This document shows positions 1 through 7,728 of a stretch of DNA of 64,000 nucleotides, in pieces. The notes under the pieces are model-generated. The model worked only from the letters and a program-made list of their open reading frames with translations. It was not told the origin of the DNA and searched no databases. Source of the stretch: Escherichia phage 215Ecol030PP. How positions within the stretch are numbered: the first letter of the stretch is position 1; every line of letters begins with the position of its first letter. Position numbers and translations under genes: made by a program. The stretch is from sequence record PP328843.1; one strand, written 5' to 3'.

Positions 1-55
1 CTTTACCGATTTTCTCTTCAGTATGTGGTTTATAACCCTTAATATCTTCAATCAT
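1..55 (-). CDS. hypothetical protein, 3'-truncated by window edge (ATG at 55-53, N-terminus MIEDIKGYKPHTEEKIGK)
   Basis: ATG overlapping stop of upstream ORF (ATGATTGA); open frame runs off window start. Confidence 0.3.
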   Translation of the reverse strand, partial: MIEDIKGYKPHTEEKIGK

Positions 56-269
56 ATTTGACTTCCTCACCAGTGCATAAATCGTATTCAACTAAACGAA
101 TAGGTTCATGAATGCCATATCCCTGAACAGAAATTTCTGTCGTAGGATAAATTCCATCAATATCACCCATATTCCAGGCTTCATTAAATTGCTGTTCGCC
201 TGAATTACTAAACCACTCGGCGAAAGCATTTAGCACATCTTCAGAACCTTCAATAATTATCTTTGCCAT
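48..269 (-). CDS. hypothetical protein (73 aa)
   Basis: ORF track; ATG at 269 overlaps stop of upstream gene (ATGA-type coupling). Confidence 0.5.
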   Translation of the reverse strand: MAKIIIEGSEDVLNAFAEWFSNSGEQQFNEAWNMGDIDGIYPTTEISVQGYGIHEPIRLVEYDLCTGEEVKYD

Positions 270-631
270 TACAAACTCTCGGTAAAGGTACGAGCGATAA
301 CATCGCGCTGCTGTTCCGGAGTCAGAGAGTTAAAGCGAACTGCATAACCGGATACACGGATGGTCAGCTGCGGATATTTTTCCGGATGCTTAACTGCATC
401 TTCCAGAGTTTCACGACGCAGAACGTTAACGTTCAGGTGTTGACCACCTTCAATTTTAACTGTAGGTTGTGTTTCAATTTCAATTTCACGGGCATGCAAA
501 CCATAGAAAATTTCTGGGTCTACAAAAGAGTCCTCTTTAAAGGTTTTAGAAACGATAATTCGTGCTTGAATACCATCTTCAAAATAAATAGTACCTTTAT
601 GTGTGCCTTCAAGAATTTGATATGCTTTCAT
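269..631 (-). CDS. autonomous glycyl radical cofactor, YfiD/GrcA-like (120 aa)
   Basis: C-terminal ~55 aa carry glycyl-radical signature [29 protein letters not shown]; SD GAGG upstream of ATG at 631. Confidence 0.8.
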   Translation of the reverse strand: MKAYQILEGTHKGTIYFEDGIQARIIVSKTFKEDSFVDPEIFYGLHAREIEIETQPTVKIEGGQHLNVNVLRRETLEDAVKHPEKYPQLTIRVSGYAVRFNSLTPEQQRDVIARTFTESL

Positions 632-638
632 ATAAACC

Positions 639-968
639 TCAATTAGAAAATAAATTTATCCAAGATTGTTCTTTAATTAAAAATGGCTCAGAATCATATG
701 CCATTAAACTCTGTGTGATTAGTCCTTTAAAAGGCCCATCAATAAATTCCATGGTAAAATATGGAATTTTATTCATTAGCCGTGCATTAGGAGCAGTACA
801 TAAAACTCTGCATCCTTTGAATACACCTTTTTGTAATTTGTATTGCTTGGGATAAAATTCGCTCAAAATGTTATTATTTGCTAAAATTTCAAAATGATTC
901 ACCAATTTATTTTTAATAGTTTTTGGCGAAAAATAAAGATATTCGAAAAGCTGAGTGTCTGTCATCAT
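639..968 (-). CDS. hypothetical protein (~109 aa from MMTDTQ start)
   Basis: ORF track 639..1019; internal Met gives ATGA overlap with upstream gene stop. Confidence 0.45.
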   Translation of the reverse strand: MMTDTQLFEYLYFSPKTIKNKLVNHFEILANNNILSEFYPKQYKLQKGVFKGCRVLCTAPNARLMNKIPYFTMEFIDGPFKGLITQSLMAYDSEPFLIKEQSWINLFSN

Positions 969-1552
969 TGCATTCCGATTACGAAAAACTGTGGACGAGT
1001 AATACCACCAATACAACATTTAATATTACAGCAGCAGTGTACAGTGTCAATATGGACACTATAAATCTTATCCATATCAGGAGATTTGACAGGCTCATCA
1101 ATTATATACAAAATTCGCGAAAGCGATAAACCTCTGAACTTGCTTCCTTTATTACCAATAAAACTGCGTACAGAATCAGTAAATAAACGAAAACGTATAT
1201 CATCATTAGAATAACGTGAAAATTCCTTTTTAATGTTATTTGCAGAAATTTTAGCGTAAGCTGAAGTATTAGAAAGAACAATAACTGTTCCGCCATCATA
1301 CAACCAATTAGCAGCAAAGTTAGTCACAGCAATTGATTTACCAGATTGACGTCCACCGTCTAGTCGAAGTGTGCAATACTGTTTAAGTAAGTCTTCAAAT
1401 GGCGGGATATATTCGTTTTTACAAATTTCTTCTACTCTAGCATCAGAATGGTGTGTAAAAGCATTCATCAGGGATAGATAAGGACCAGTTAAAAATGTTC
1501 TCATTTTGTTCTCTCTAGGTTTGGGCCATTCCATGGCGCATGAATTGTCCAT
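965..1552 (-). CDS. P-loop NTPase-like protein (Walker A GGRQSGKS, Walker B-like YIIDEP); start ambiguous (1552/1534/1504)
   Basis: ORF track; Walker motifs read from translation. Confidence 0.55.
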   Translation of the reverse strand: MDNSCAMEWPKPRENKMRTFLTGPYLSLMNAFTHHSDARVEEICKNEYIPPFEDLLKQYCTLRLDGGRQSGKSIAVTNFAANWLYDGGTVIVLSNTSAYAKISANNIKKEFSRYSNDDIRFRLFTDSVRSFIGNKGSKFRGLSLSRILYIIDEPVKSPDMDKIYSVHIDTVHCCCNIKCCIGGITRPQFFVIGMQ

Positions 1553-1649
1553 TTCTGTATTTACCCATTACCGCACTTGGGCTCGACCTTATTACAGGTT
1601 GGCGGGAATCCCTCACAGAATCATGAGGTCCAGGTTATTCCCATGTTAT

Positions 1650-2066
1650 TTAAATGTAAATATTTTTGCCGTAATACTTATACCAGTGTGGCTTCATTAA
1701 AATTTTTTCATCGAGTCGTTGTTGACTCAACTTAATAGCTGATTTACATGGATTATAATCATTTTTCCATTCTACTGGAATATCGCTGATGTCAGGAACT
1801 TCAGTATCTTTTATACTGAACCCGCGTTTTAAGCATTCCGTTATAATGTCCGATTGACGCTTTCGCAAAAATTCTAACTTATCGTAAAAGAAAGTAACAT
1901 GACCAGAACCTAAAATAAATTTAGAAGATATTTTAAAATCTTTAACGCGCTTACCGTTTGCCACATGCTTACGAACTATACCAAAAACACGCGGCAATTC
2001 ACGGTATTCTGCGATTAAATGTTGATCAGCAAGTTCAGATACTAAAGTCAAATTAATACGAGTCAT
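1650..2066 (-). CDS. denV: endonuclease V (pyrimidine-dimer DNA glycosylase), 138 aa
   Basis: N-terminus [17 protein letters not shown]...[10 protein letters not shown] matches T4 endonuclease V; same length. Confidence 0.9.
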   Translation of the reverse strand: MTRINLTLVSELADQHLIAEYRELPRVFGIVRKHVANGKRVKDFKISSKFILGSGHVTFFYDKLEFLRKRQSDIITECLKRGFSIKDTEVPDISDIPVEWKNDYNPCKSAIKLSQQRLDEKILMKPHWYKYYGKNIYI

Positions 2067-2125
2067 TTTATCCCTCCAAGTAACTGTGAATATACTATCA
2101 CAGTTTTAGGAGAAAGTAAACAACT

Positions 2126-2656
<531 letters not shown>

Positions 2657-3112
2657 TTAAAAGAGGTTGTTCATTATTCGGTAAAGTGAAGGACCCATCA
2701 CATATTGCCACTGAGTACGAGGAATAAGAGCAAAAGCGTCCATCTCTGGAATCATAACGCCATCTTTATTTTCAAAATAAGACTCGCAATGGCAATTTCT
2801 AAACATCTCATGCTCTACTGGAATCGTATAATAAAATAACTGTAAGTCTTTATTACTAGAATATTTAAATACACCTAGGTCTTCTAGAAGGTCTGGATTA
2901 TAATCGATAAAACCAGTCTCTTCTGAGCATTCTCTTTTTGCAGCTTCCAGTGCATTCAAATCAGAACTTTCTACACGGCCCTTTGGAATATCCCAGCGAT
3001 GTGCCATCATTCCAGGCTTACGAGAACCAGTAACCCGACCCATAAATAAATCTTTATCTTCTGTCATAAAGATAATACCAGCTGATAGTGTTTTCATTTT
3101 AATTTCCTGCAT
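2657..3112 (-). CDS. nudE: Nudix hydrolase (T4 e.1/NudE-like)
   Basis: Nudix box ...RECSEETGF...; position immediately upstream of e as in T4. Confidence 0.85.
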   Translation of the reverse strand: MQEIKMKTLSAGIIFMTEDKDLFMGRVTGSRKPGMMAHRWDIPKGRVESSDLNALEAAKRECSEETGFIDYNPDLLEDLGVFKYSSNKDLQLFYYTIPVEHEMFRNCHCESYFENKDGVMIPEMDAFALIPRTQWQYVMGPSLYRIMNNLF

Positions 3113-3582
3113 TCAGTGATAAAGTTATTTAAATTTTGAGTATATTTCTTTTCATCAAAAATCTTTTGTTGTCTGCGTAAACGCCATGGCATTTCAATGA
3201 ACATACGCCATATTCCTGATAATACTGCTGCTGTAAAAATATTAACAAGTATAGTTAAAAGAACCCAATCTCCTATTCTGTCCATTGGATTTTTTATAAA
3301 AAAGTAAAATACGAACGATGATATAGGAAGACTAATGATATACCACAGAAGAACCTTCTTATCTGTGAACCAATCAGCATTCGTTAACTTAGCGCGACCG
3401 TTTTGAATACATACGAACTTATCATCTGTTACAGTAAATGGCTTAACTGGTTGATATCCCATTCTAAACTCCCTAATCAACAAATTTTTCATATCTTCGG
3501 AACAGCCAGTCCAGTCAACTCTATCAACTGAAATGCCATCATCCCCATCATCTAAATCATACCAGCGAGTTTTTAAAATCAT
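3094..3582 (-). CDS. small membrane protein, paralog family member 1 (162 aa)
   Basis: hydrophobic segments; C-terminal NNFITECRKLK motif shared with neighbours. Confidence 0.55.
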   Translation of the reverse strand: MILKTRWYDLDDGDDGISVDRVDWTGCSEDMKNLLIREFRMGYQPVKPFTVTDDKFVCIQNGRAKLTNADWFTDKKVLLWYIISLPISSFVFYFFIKNPMDRIGDWVLLTILVNIFTAAVLSGIWRMFIEMPWRLRRQQKIFDEKKYTQNLNNFITECRKLK

Positions 3583-3941
3583 CTGATTTTCCTACAATCA
3601 CTCACAAACTCTTTCATTGATTCATTTTCAATATAAGACATATAGCTATTATATTCTTTTAATTGTATTTTGTAATCCTTTTTTCTTTGCCAATTTATTT
3701 TAAAATTATCATAATGAAAATATAGTATAGTGCCAAAGAATGAAAATAATGAAATTGCTATAGTAAAACGAAGTTCACTCCAAACCTCTGTTATAATTGC
3801 TGAACCATCGATGTTTAAAATAAAACAGTCAATCATTAATCCAATAAGACTACCCGCAAGAGCTGCAAATACTGACACGGCAAGAATTAACAGTGCCTCA
3901 AGAAACGAATATTTGACTTTATTTAGTTTTGGCTTTTGCAT
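3579..3941 (-). CDS. small membrane protein, paralog family member 2 (120 aa, 2 predicted TM)
   Basis: ORF track; TM stretches; C-terminal EFVSDCRKIR. Confidence 0.55.
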   Translation of the reverse strand: MQKPKLNKVKYSFLEALLILAVSVFAALAGSLIGLMIDCFILNIDGSAIITEVWSELRFTIAISLFSFFGTILYFHYDNFKINWQRKKDYKIQLKEYNSYMSYIENESMKEFVSDCRKIR

Positions 3942-4315
3942 CGTGATTCCTTAACAAATTTCATAATTTCATTAAATTCATACTCAGCAAGTTTAAGCTG
4001 GTGTTCCTTTTTAATCTTTTTACACTGAGCTTTCCAATCACGTACGCGTTTACGATAATGCCTTCCTTGATACCAGTATCCTACCCAATTTACGGGTACT
4101 AATAAAAGTGGAACTATTAATGGAAGAATTAGCATTAACACAAGTATTTCGCCAGAATCAATATCAGTCATAACATCTAAAACACCTCCAATAATCAATA
4201 GAATTACAAATGATATGAGTATAACAGGACCTATTAACACATCAGTAGAAATTATCTGACGCTTTGGTTCATACTTCACAGGTTTACTTGGAAGGTATAG
4301 TGATGGTTTTGACAT
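3923..4315 (-). CDS. small membrane protein, paralog family member 3 (start moved to MSKPS with SD TAAGGAA)
   Basis: ORF track 3923..4336; TM stretches; C-terminal KFVKESRCK. Confidence 0.5.
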   Translation of the reverse strand: MSKPSLYLPSKPVKYEPKRQIISTDVLIGPVILISFVILLIIGGVLDVMTDIDSGEILVLMLILPLIVPLLLVPVNWVGYWYQGRHYRKRVRDWKAQCKKIKKEHQLKLAEYEFNEIMKFVKESRCKSQN

Positions 4316-4898
4316 ATTCTCTACATTCCTTAACAAATTTTTCTAGTAATAAATCACTTTCAAAATTAGGATTTTCCACTAATTTATCAAAAAGATCATC
4401 AACAATATTCAAGATATTTCTTTTACTAAGAATACGTTTATTTTCATGCTTCGTTTCAGAATCAACTATAAGAGTAAAGAAATATTTCTTGCCCTGAAAT
4501 TTTACAGTAGTATCAATATAAAATAAATTTGACTTTTGTAAATTACGTTTAAACCATGCGTCACTTAAACTATAAACACCGAGATAATCAAAATCGTCGT
4601 TTAAATAACAAACCGTCCATTCAGGAGAAATGAAATCAGTAAATTCAACATCAAAATCACACGTCAATGAATGAATTGATTCAATACTGTTAATAAGTAT
4701 TCCAGGACGTATTAAAGACTTTTTACCTCTGGAAAATCTTCCAGAAAGACTTTCATCAGTTTCATATGAAGACCCCCAATAGTAATTACGTCCTTCTGCC
4801 ATGCGTTTAAGAGCATTTAGTAATTGGTCTGGAACATCAACCTGTCTTTGGAACTCTTCAAACATTGAATTGAAATCACTTTGCATTTTCATTTTCAT
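4284..4898 (-). CDS. hypothetical soluble protein (204 aa), shares C-terminal KFVKECRE motif
   Basis: ORF track. Confidence 0.5.
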   Translation of the reverse strand: MKMKMQSDFNSMFEEFQRQVDVPDQLLNALKRMAEGRNYYWGSSYETDESLSGRFSRGKKSLIRPGILINSIESIHSLTCDFDVEFTDFISPEWTVCYLNDDFDYLGVYSLSDAWFKRNLQKSNLFYIDTTVKFQGKKYFFTLIVDSETKHENKRILSKRNILNIVDDLFDKLVENPNFESDLLLEKFVKECREYVKTITIPSK

Positions 4899-4939
4899 TC
4901 CTATTTACTCCAAGTATAAGGGGCCGAAGCCCCTTATCA

Positions 4940-5533
4940 TTATTTCAGAGAATTAATGTATTCCTGAACATCGGCAGAGGTAGTTTCAACCCCAGAAATA
5001 TTACCGTTAAAGGTTTCAACTCGAGCAAGGGTATCTTCAATATCAACCTTAGTCAGCGCTGCAATTTCAACTACATCATCAGCAGTACTAATTCCAAGGG
5101 CATTCGCTGCACGAGTTTCACGGATATATTCCAATTTAACTGCAAGTTCTTGGCGAGCATCATCTAACTCAACTACTTTCTTAGCGATTTCAATTCGCAT
5201 TTCAGCATAACCATCAGCTTTAGTAGTCAACTGCTCAGCTGTTCGACGATATAGTAAACCGAGTTTAGCATGCATTGTTACATCTTGACCTTCGGAAAGA
5301 AGCTTGCGAATTTCACGCTCTTTTGATTCAGCCTGTTTATTCTTTTCAACGATAAGTTCACGAATACGCTTTTCTTCATTAATAGATTTAACGGAAGCAG
5401 TTTTTAGATCTTTAATTTTATCAAGTAGTTTTGCTGCCGCAGCAGTATACTGTTCTTCAACAGATAGATTTTTAGCCATAGCAGAACCAAGTTTAGTGCG
5501 AATAAACTCAACAATTTTCTTCAGTGTGTTCAT
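4940..5533 (-). CDS. coiled-coil protein (197 aa), weak PspA/IM30-like character
   Basis: heptad-rich K/E/L/A composition; SD AAGGAAA upstream. Confidence 0.5.
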
Positions 5534-5578
5534 AGTATTTCCTTAGGTTAATTAAGGGTTTTATAATCCATGGGAGTA

Positions 5579-5755
5579 TTATACTCCGGATAGTTTGTAA
5601 ACTATTTCAACATCGCCTTTTGCTGCTTTATAACCTTCAGCCCAAGATACAACCGAGTTTTTATCCGAAGATTCAAATTCTGGCATTGGGCTTTCGCCAA
5701 TGTTCACGCAGTATGTTTCTTCATTTTCGTCGAACCAAATAATTAAAGTAGTCAT
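5579..5755 (-). CDS. small hypothetical protein (~58 aa, below ORF-track cutoff)
   Basis: SD GGAGAAATAAATG then open frame MTTLIIWFDENEET... Confidence 0.35.
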   Translation of the reverse strand: MTTLIIWFDENEETYCVNIGESPMPEFESSDKNSVVSWAEGYKAAKGDVEIVYKLSGV

Positions 5756-5824
5756 TTATTTCTCCGTTTTCTGTATTTGTTTTGATAAGTCTATAATAAC
5801 ACCGTCCTTGGCGTTTGTACACAA

Positions 5825-6100
5825 TTATTTCATATTATTGAAATATTCTTCTGCGATTTCATCGTTATCATGGTAAACTTTAGAAGACAGTTTAACATAA
5901 CCTTCAGCAGTGAACATGTTAATCACAACCTTTACAGTATACCACTGACCATCTTCATTACCCATTACTGCGTAAGTTTCAAACATCGGATGATCAGGAC
6001 CGATAACTTTAATATCATTCACTGTACGACCAAAATCTTCTGAAACGCATTTCATAAAGAAGTTGAACAGTTCGCCGTAATTATCCATTTCGTTCTCCAA
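5825..6100 (-). CDS. hypothetical protein (91 aa)
   Basis: ORF track; preceded by early-promoter-like element. Confidence 0.5.
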   Translation of the reverse strand: MENEMDNYGELFNFFMKCVSEDFGRTVNDIKVIGPDHPMFETYAVMGNEDGQWYTVKVVINMFTAEGYVKLSSKVYHDNDEIAEEYFNNMK

Positions 6101-6131
6101 GTTGTTTTCTGTATCAGTAGTTGATAGTTGT

Positions 6132-6161
6132 ATAGTACCATAGAAGAACAGGGATGTAAAC
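6132..6161 (-). promoter_or_regulatory. early-promoter-like element GTTTAC-N18-TACTAT upstream of gene 5825-6100
   Basis: same hexamers and spacing as three copies in the IP locus. Confidence 0.45.
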
Positions 6162-6294
6162 CGTTTTGTGAAAAATTTTTTAAAAAGTTTTGGGGGAATT
6201 CTAGGGCAGGGAGGGGCAATTAAAGGATAGGATAATATATTATAAAGGATAGAAACTAAATGATGCCTAGAGAGGCCCGGAAAGGCCTAGATAC

Positions 6295-6322
6295 CAAAAA
6301 GCCCCAACCTTTTGGTCGGGGC
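6295..6322 (-). terminator. intrinsic terminator (GCCCC-stem hairpin plus U-run on minus strand) after gene 6331-6804
   Basis: hairpin GCCCCAACC...GGTCGGGGC followed by T5 on minus strand. Confidence 0.55.
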
Positions 6323-6330
6323 TAAGAATG

Positions 6331-6804
6331 TTATTTGATTTGTTTAGCAGACCAAATGCGGTCTTTAATAATTTTTTGGATGTCTTCAACATACTCAAGA
6401 GAGTGAACATGTGGATTATCTTTGAAACTATAAGCACGGGCTAACTTTTGGCCTTCGGTTTTGATTACTAAAAGCTCTTTAAGGATAGCTTCATATTTGG
6501 AGATAATTCCTTTAACAATATTTTTCTCTTGTGTGACTTTAGGATCTGCTTTAGGAGCAGGTTTACCTGAAGCCTTTGCAAAAGCAGCTCCAGTAGCAAC
6601 TAAACTTTTCCAAGCCATACTAACTGCATTCCCTGTAAATCCTTCGGCTTTCATATCACGAGCAAATTGGAATCGTGATTCATCGGAAGCATCTTTATAG
6701 GAATATTTACCCGCGGCAATGGCAGCTTTTGCAACAGCTTGAATTTCAGTGCTAGATGCTTCATTTAACACCGCTTCATTTAAAAATTGAGTATATGATT
6801 TCAT
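6331..6804 (-). CDS. internal-protein-like protein with capsid-targeting-sequence-like N-terminus MKSYTQFLNE (157 aa)
   Basis: ORF track 6331..6981 begins with TTG inside upstream tRNA-like element; ATG at 6804 has SD AGGAAA; late promoter TATAAATA upstream. Confidence 0.6.
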   Translation of the reverse strand: MKSYTQFLNEAVLNEASSTEIQAVAKAAIAAGKYSYKDASDESRFQFARDMKAEGFTGNAVSMAWKSLVATGAAFAKASGKPAPKADPKVTQEKNIVKGIISKYEAILKELLVIKTEGQKLARAYSFKDNPHVHSLEYVEDIQKIIKDRIWSAKQIK

Positions 6805-6842
6805 CTTATTTCCTGTTTTAATTCGGGGTTTTAATATACTAA

Positions 6843-6850
6843 TATTTATA
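6843..6850 (-). promoter_or_regulatory. late promoter TATAAATA upstream of IP-like gene 6331-6804
   Basis: exact motif on minus strand between terminator hairpin and SD. Confidence 0.5.
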
Positions 6851-6852
6851 CT

Positions 6853-6879
6853 AAAAAGCCCCAACCTTTCGGTCGGGGC
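6853..6879 (-). terminator. intrinsic terminator at 3' end of the tRNA/small-RNA transcription unit
   Basis: near-duplicate of the 6295-6322 hairpin, T-run on minus strand. Confidence 0.55.
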
Positions 6880-7196
6880 TAAGCCTTGCGGCAACCTTGT
6901 CGGGGTTCCACCTGCTAAGGCAAGTGTTTGTACGAAACGCCGGGATTCGAACCCGGTTATTAAGCAGTTGACGCTACTCAATATTTTTAAAAGGCCATAT
7001 CTCGACCATATCCGAACGTTCCGTCAAAAACGCTACTCGGCTTATGGCAAAGATATTTCCTCGAATCGATAATTCGGTGCGCCGTTTCTGCTGTGATATA
7101 AGGGGGCATTAACAAAACATAAAGATTTATTAATGCCAGTCCTTAAACAGGGAACATCAGTCCGACGACTTGCCGGTAGCGACCCGGCTTCTTGTC

Positions 7197-7272
7197 TGGT
7201 CGAGGCAGTAGGGATCGAACCTACGACCCAGGACTTAGAAGGTCCTTGCTCTTCCTTCTGAGCTATGCCCCG
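7197..7272 (-). tRNA. tRNA-Arg (anticodon TCT), CCA encoded
   Basis: hand-folded cloverleaf: 7-bp acceptor, D stem GCTC/GAGC, anticodon loop CTTCTAA, T-loop TTCGATC. Confidence 0.8.
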
Positions 7273-7276
7273 TAAT

Positions 7277-7352
7277 TGGGGTGACCGATGGGAGTCGAAC
7301 CCATGACTACGAGAATCACAATCTCGAGTTCTACCAACTGAACTACGGCCAC
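7277..7352 (-). tRNA. tRNA-His (anticodon GTG), CCA encoded
   Basis: hand-folded cloverleaf; anticodon loop TTGTGAT; T-arm ATGGG/CCCAT. Confidence 0.75.
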
Positions 7353-7443
7353 ATTAATACCTACTCCAACAATCAAGATGTCTTCACACGAAATTAAGAG
7401 AAGAGTGATCAGTTCAACCCCTATAATCGCGTCAAGTAGATAT

Positions 7444-7465
7444 TAATGTGACAGTTGTCACAAAT
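7444..7465. promoter_or_regulatory. perfect CRP-consensus-like palindrome TGTGA-N6-TCACA (TAATGTGACAGTTGTCACAAAT)
   Basis: both CRP half-sites and 6-bp spacing exact, A/T flanks; lies 3' of tRNA-Asn. Confidence 0.4.
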
Positions 7466-7466
7466 T

Positions 7467-7541
7467 TGGCGGACGTGATAGGATTCGAACCTATAACCAA
7501 TCGCTTAACAGGCGATCGCTCTGCCATTGAGCTACACATCC
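7467..7541 (-). tRNA. tRNA-Asn (anticodon GTT), CCA encoded
   Basis: hand-folded cloverleaf; anticodon stem ATCGC/GCGAT, loop CTGTTAA. Confidence 0.75.
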
Positions 7542-7545
7542 AAAT

Positions 7546-7632
7546 TGGTGGGGAGTGATGGAGTCGAACCACCCGAGTCGCAATGACAATGGATTTACAG
7601 TCCACACCGCTACCTCTACGGGATAACTCCCC
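7546..7632 (-). tRNA. tRNA-Tyr (anticodon GTA), type II with long variable arm, CCA encoded
   Basis: perfect 7-bp acceptor GGGGAGT/ACTCCCC; anticodon loop CTGTAAA. Confidence 0.75.
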
Positions 7633-7645
7633 TTAATTCTTAATT

Positions 7646-7720
7646 TGGTGGCCCTGGGTGGAATTGAACCACCATCTGGCGATTATGAGTCGCTTGCTTG
7701 AACCTTCCAGCTACAGGGCC
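7646..7720 (-). tRNA. tRNA with anticodon CAT (Met or lysidine-modified Ile, as T4 tRNA-Ile)
   Basis: perfect acceptor GGCCCTG/CAGGGCC, T-arm GGTGG/CCACC, anticodon loop CTCATAA. Confidence 0.75.
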
Positions 7721-7728
7721 AAATTTTC

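Noticed and set aside
263-646. Plus-strand ORF (127 aa) antisense to the GrcA-like gene
   Set aside because: Entirely overlaps a minus-strand gene with strong conserved-motif support; low-complexity translation; no SD.
6331-6981. Full 216-aa extent of ORF 6331..6981
   Set aside because: N-terminal 59 codons start at a TTG inside the tRNA-like T-arm and terminator hairpin; ATG at 6804 with SD and late promoter is the credible start.
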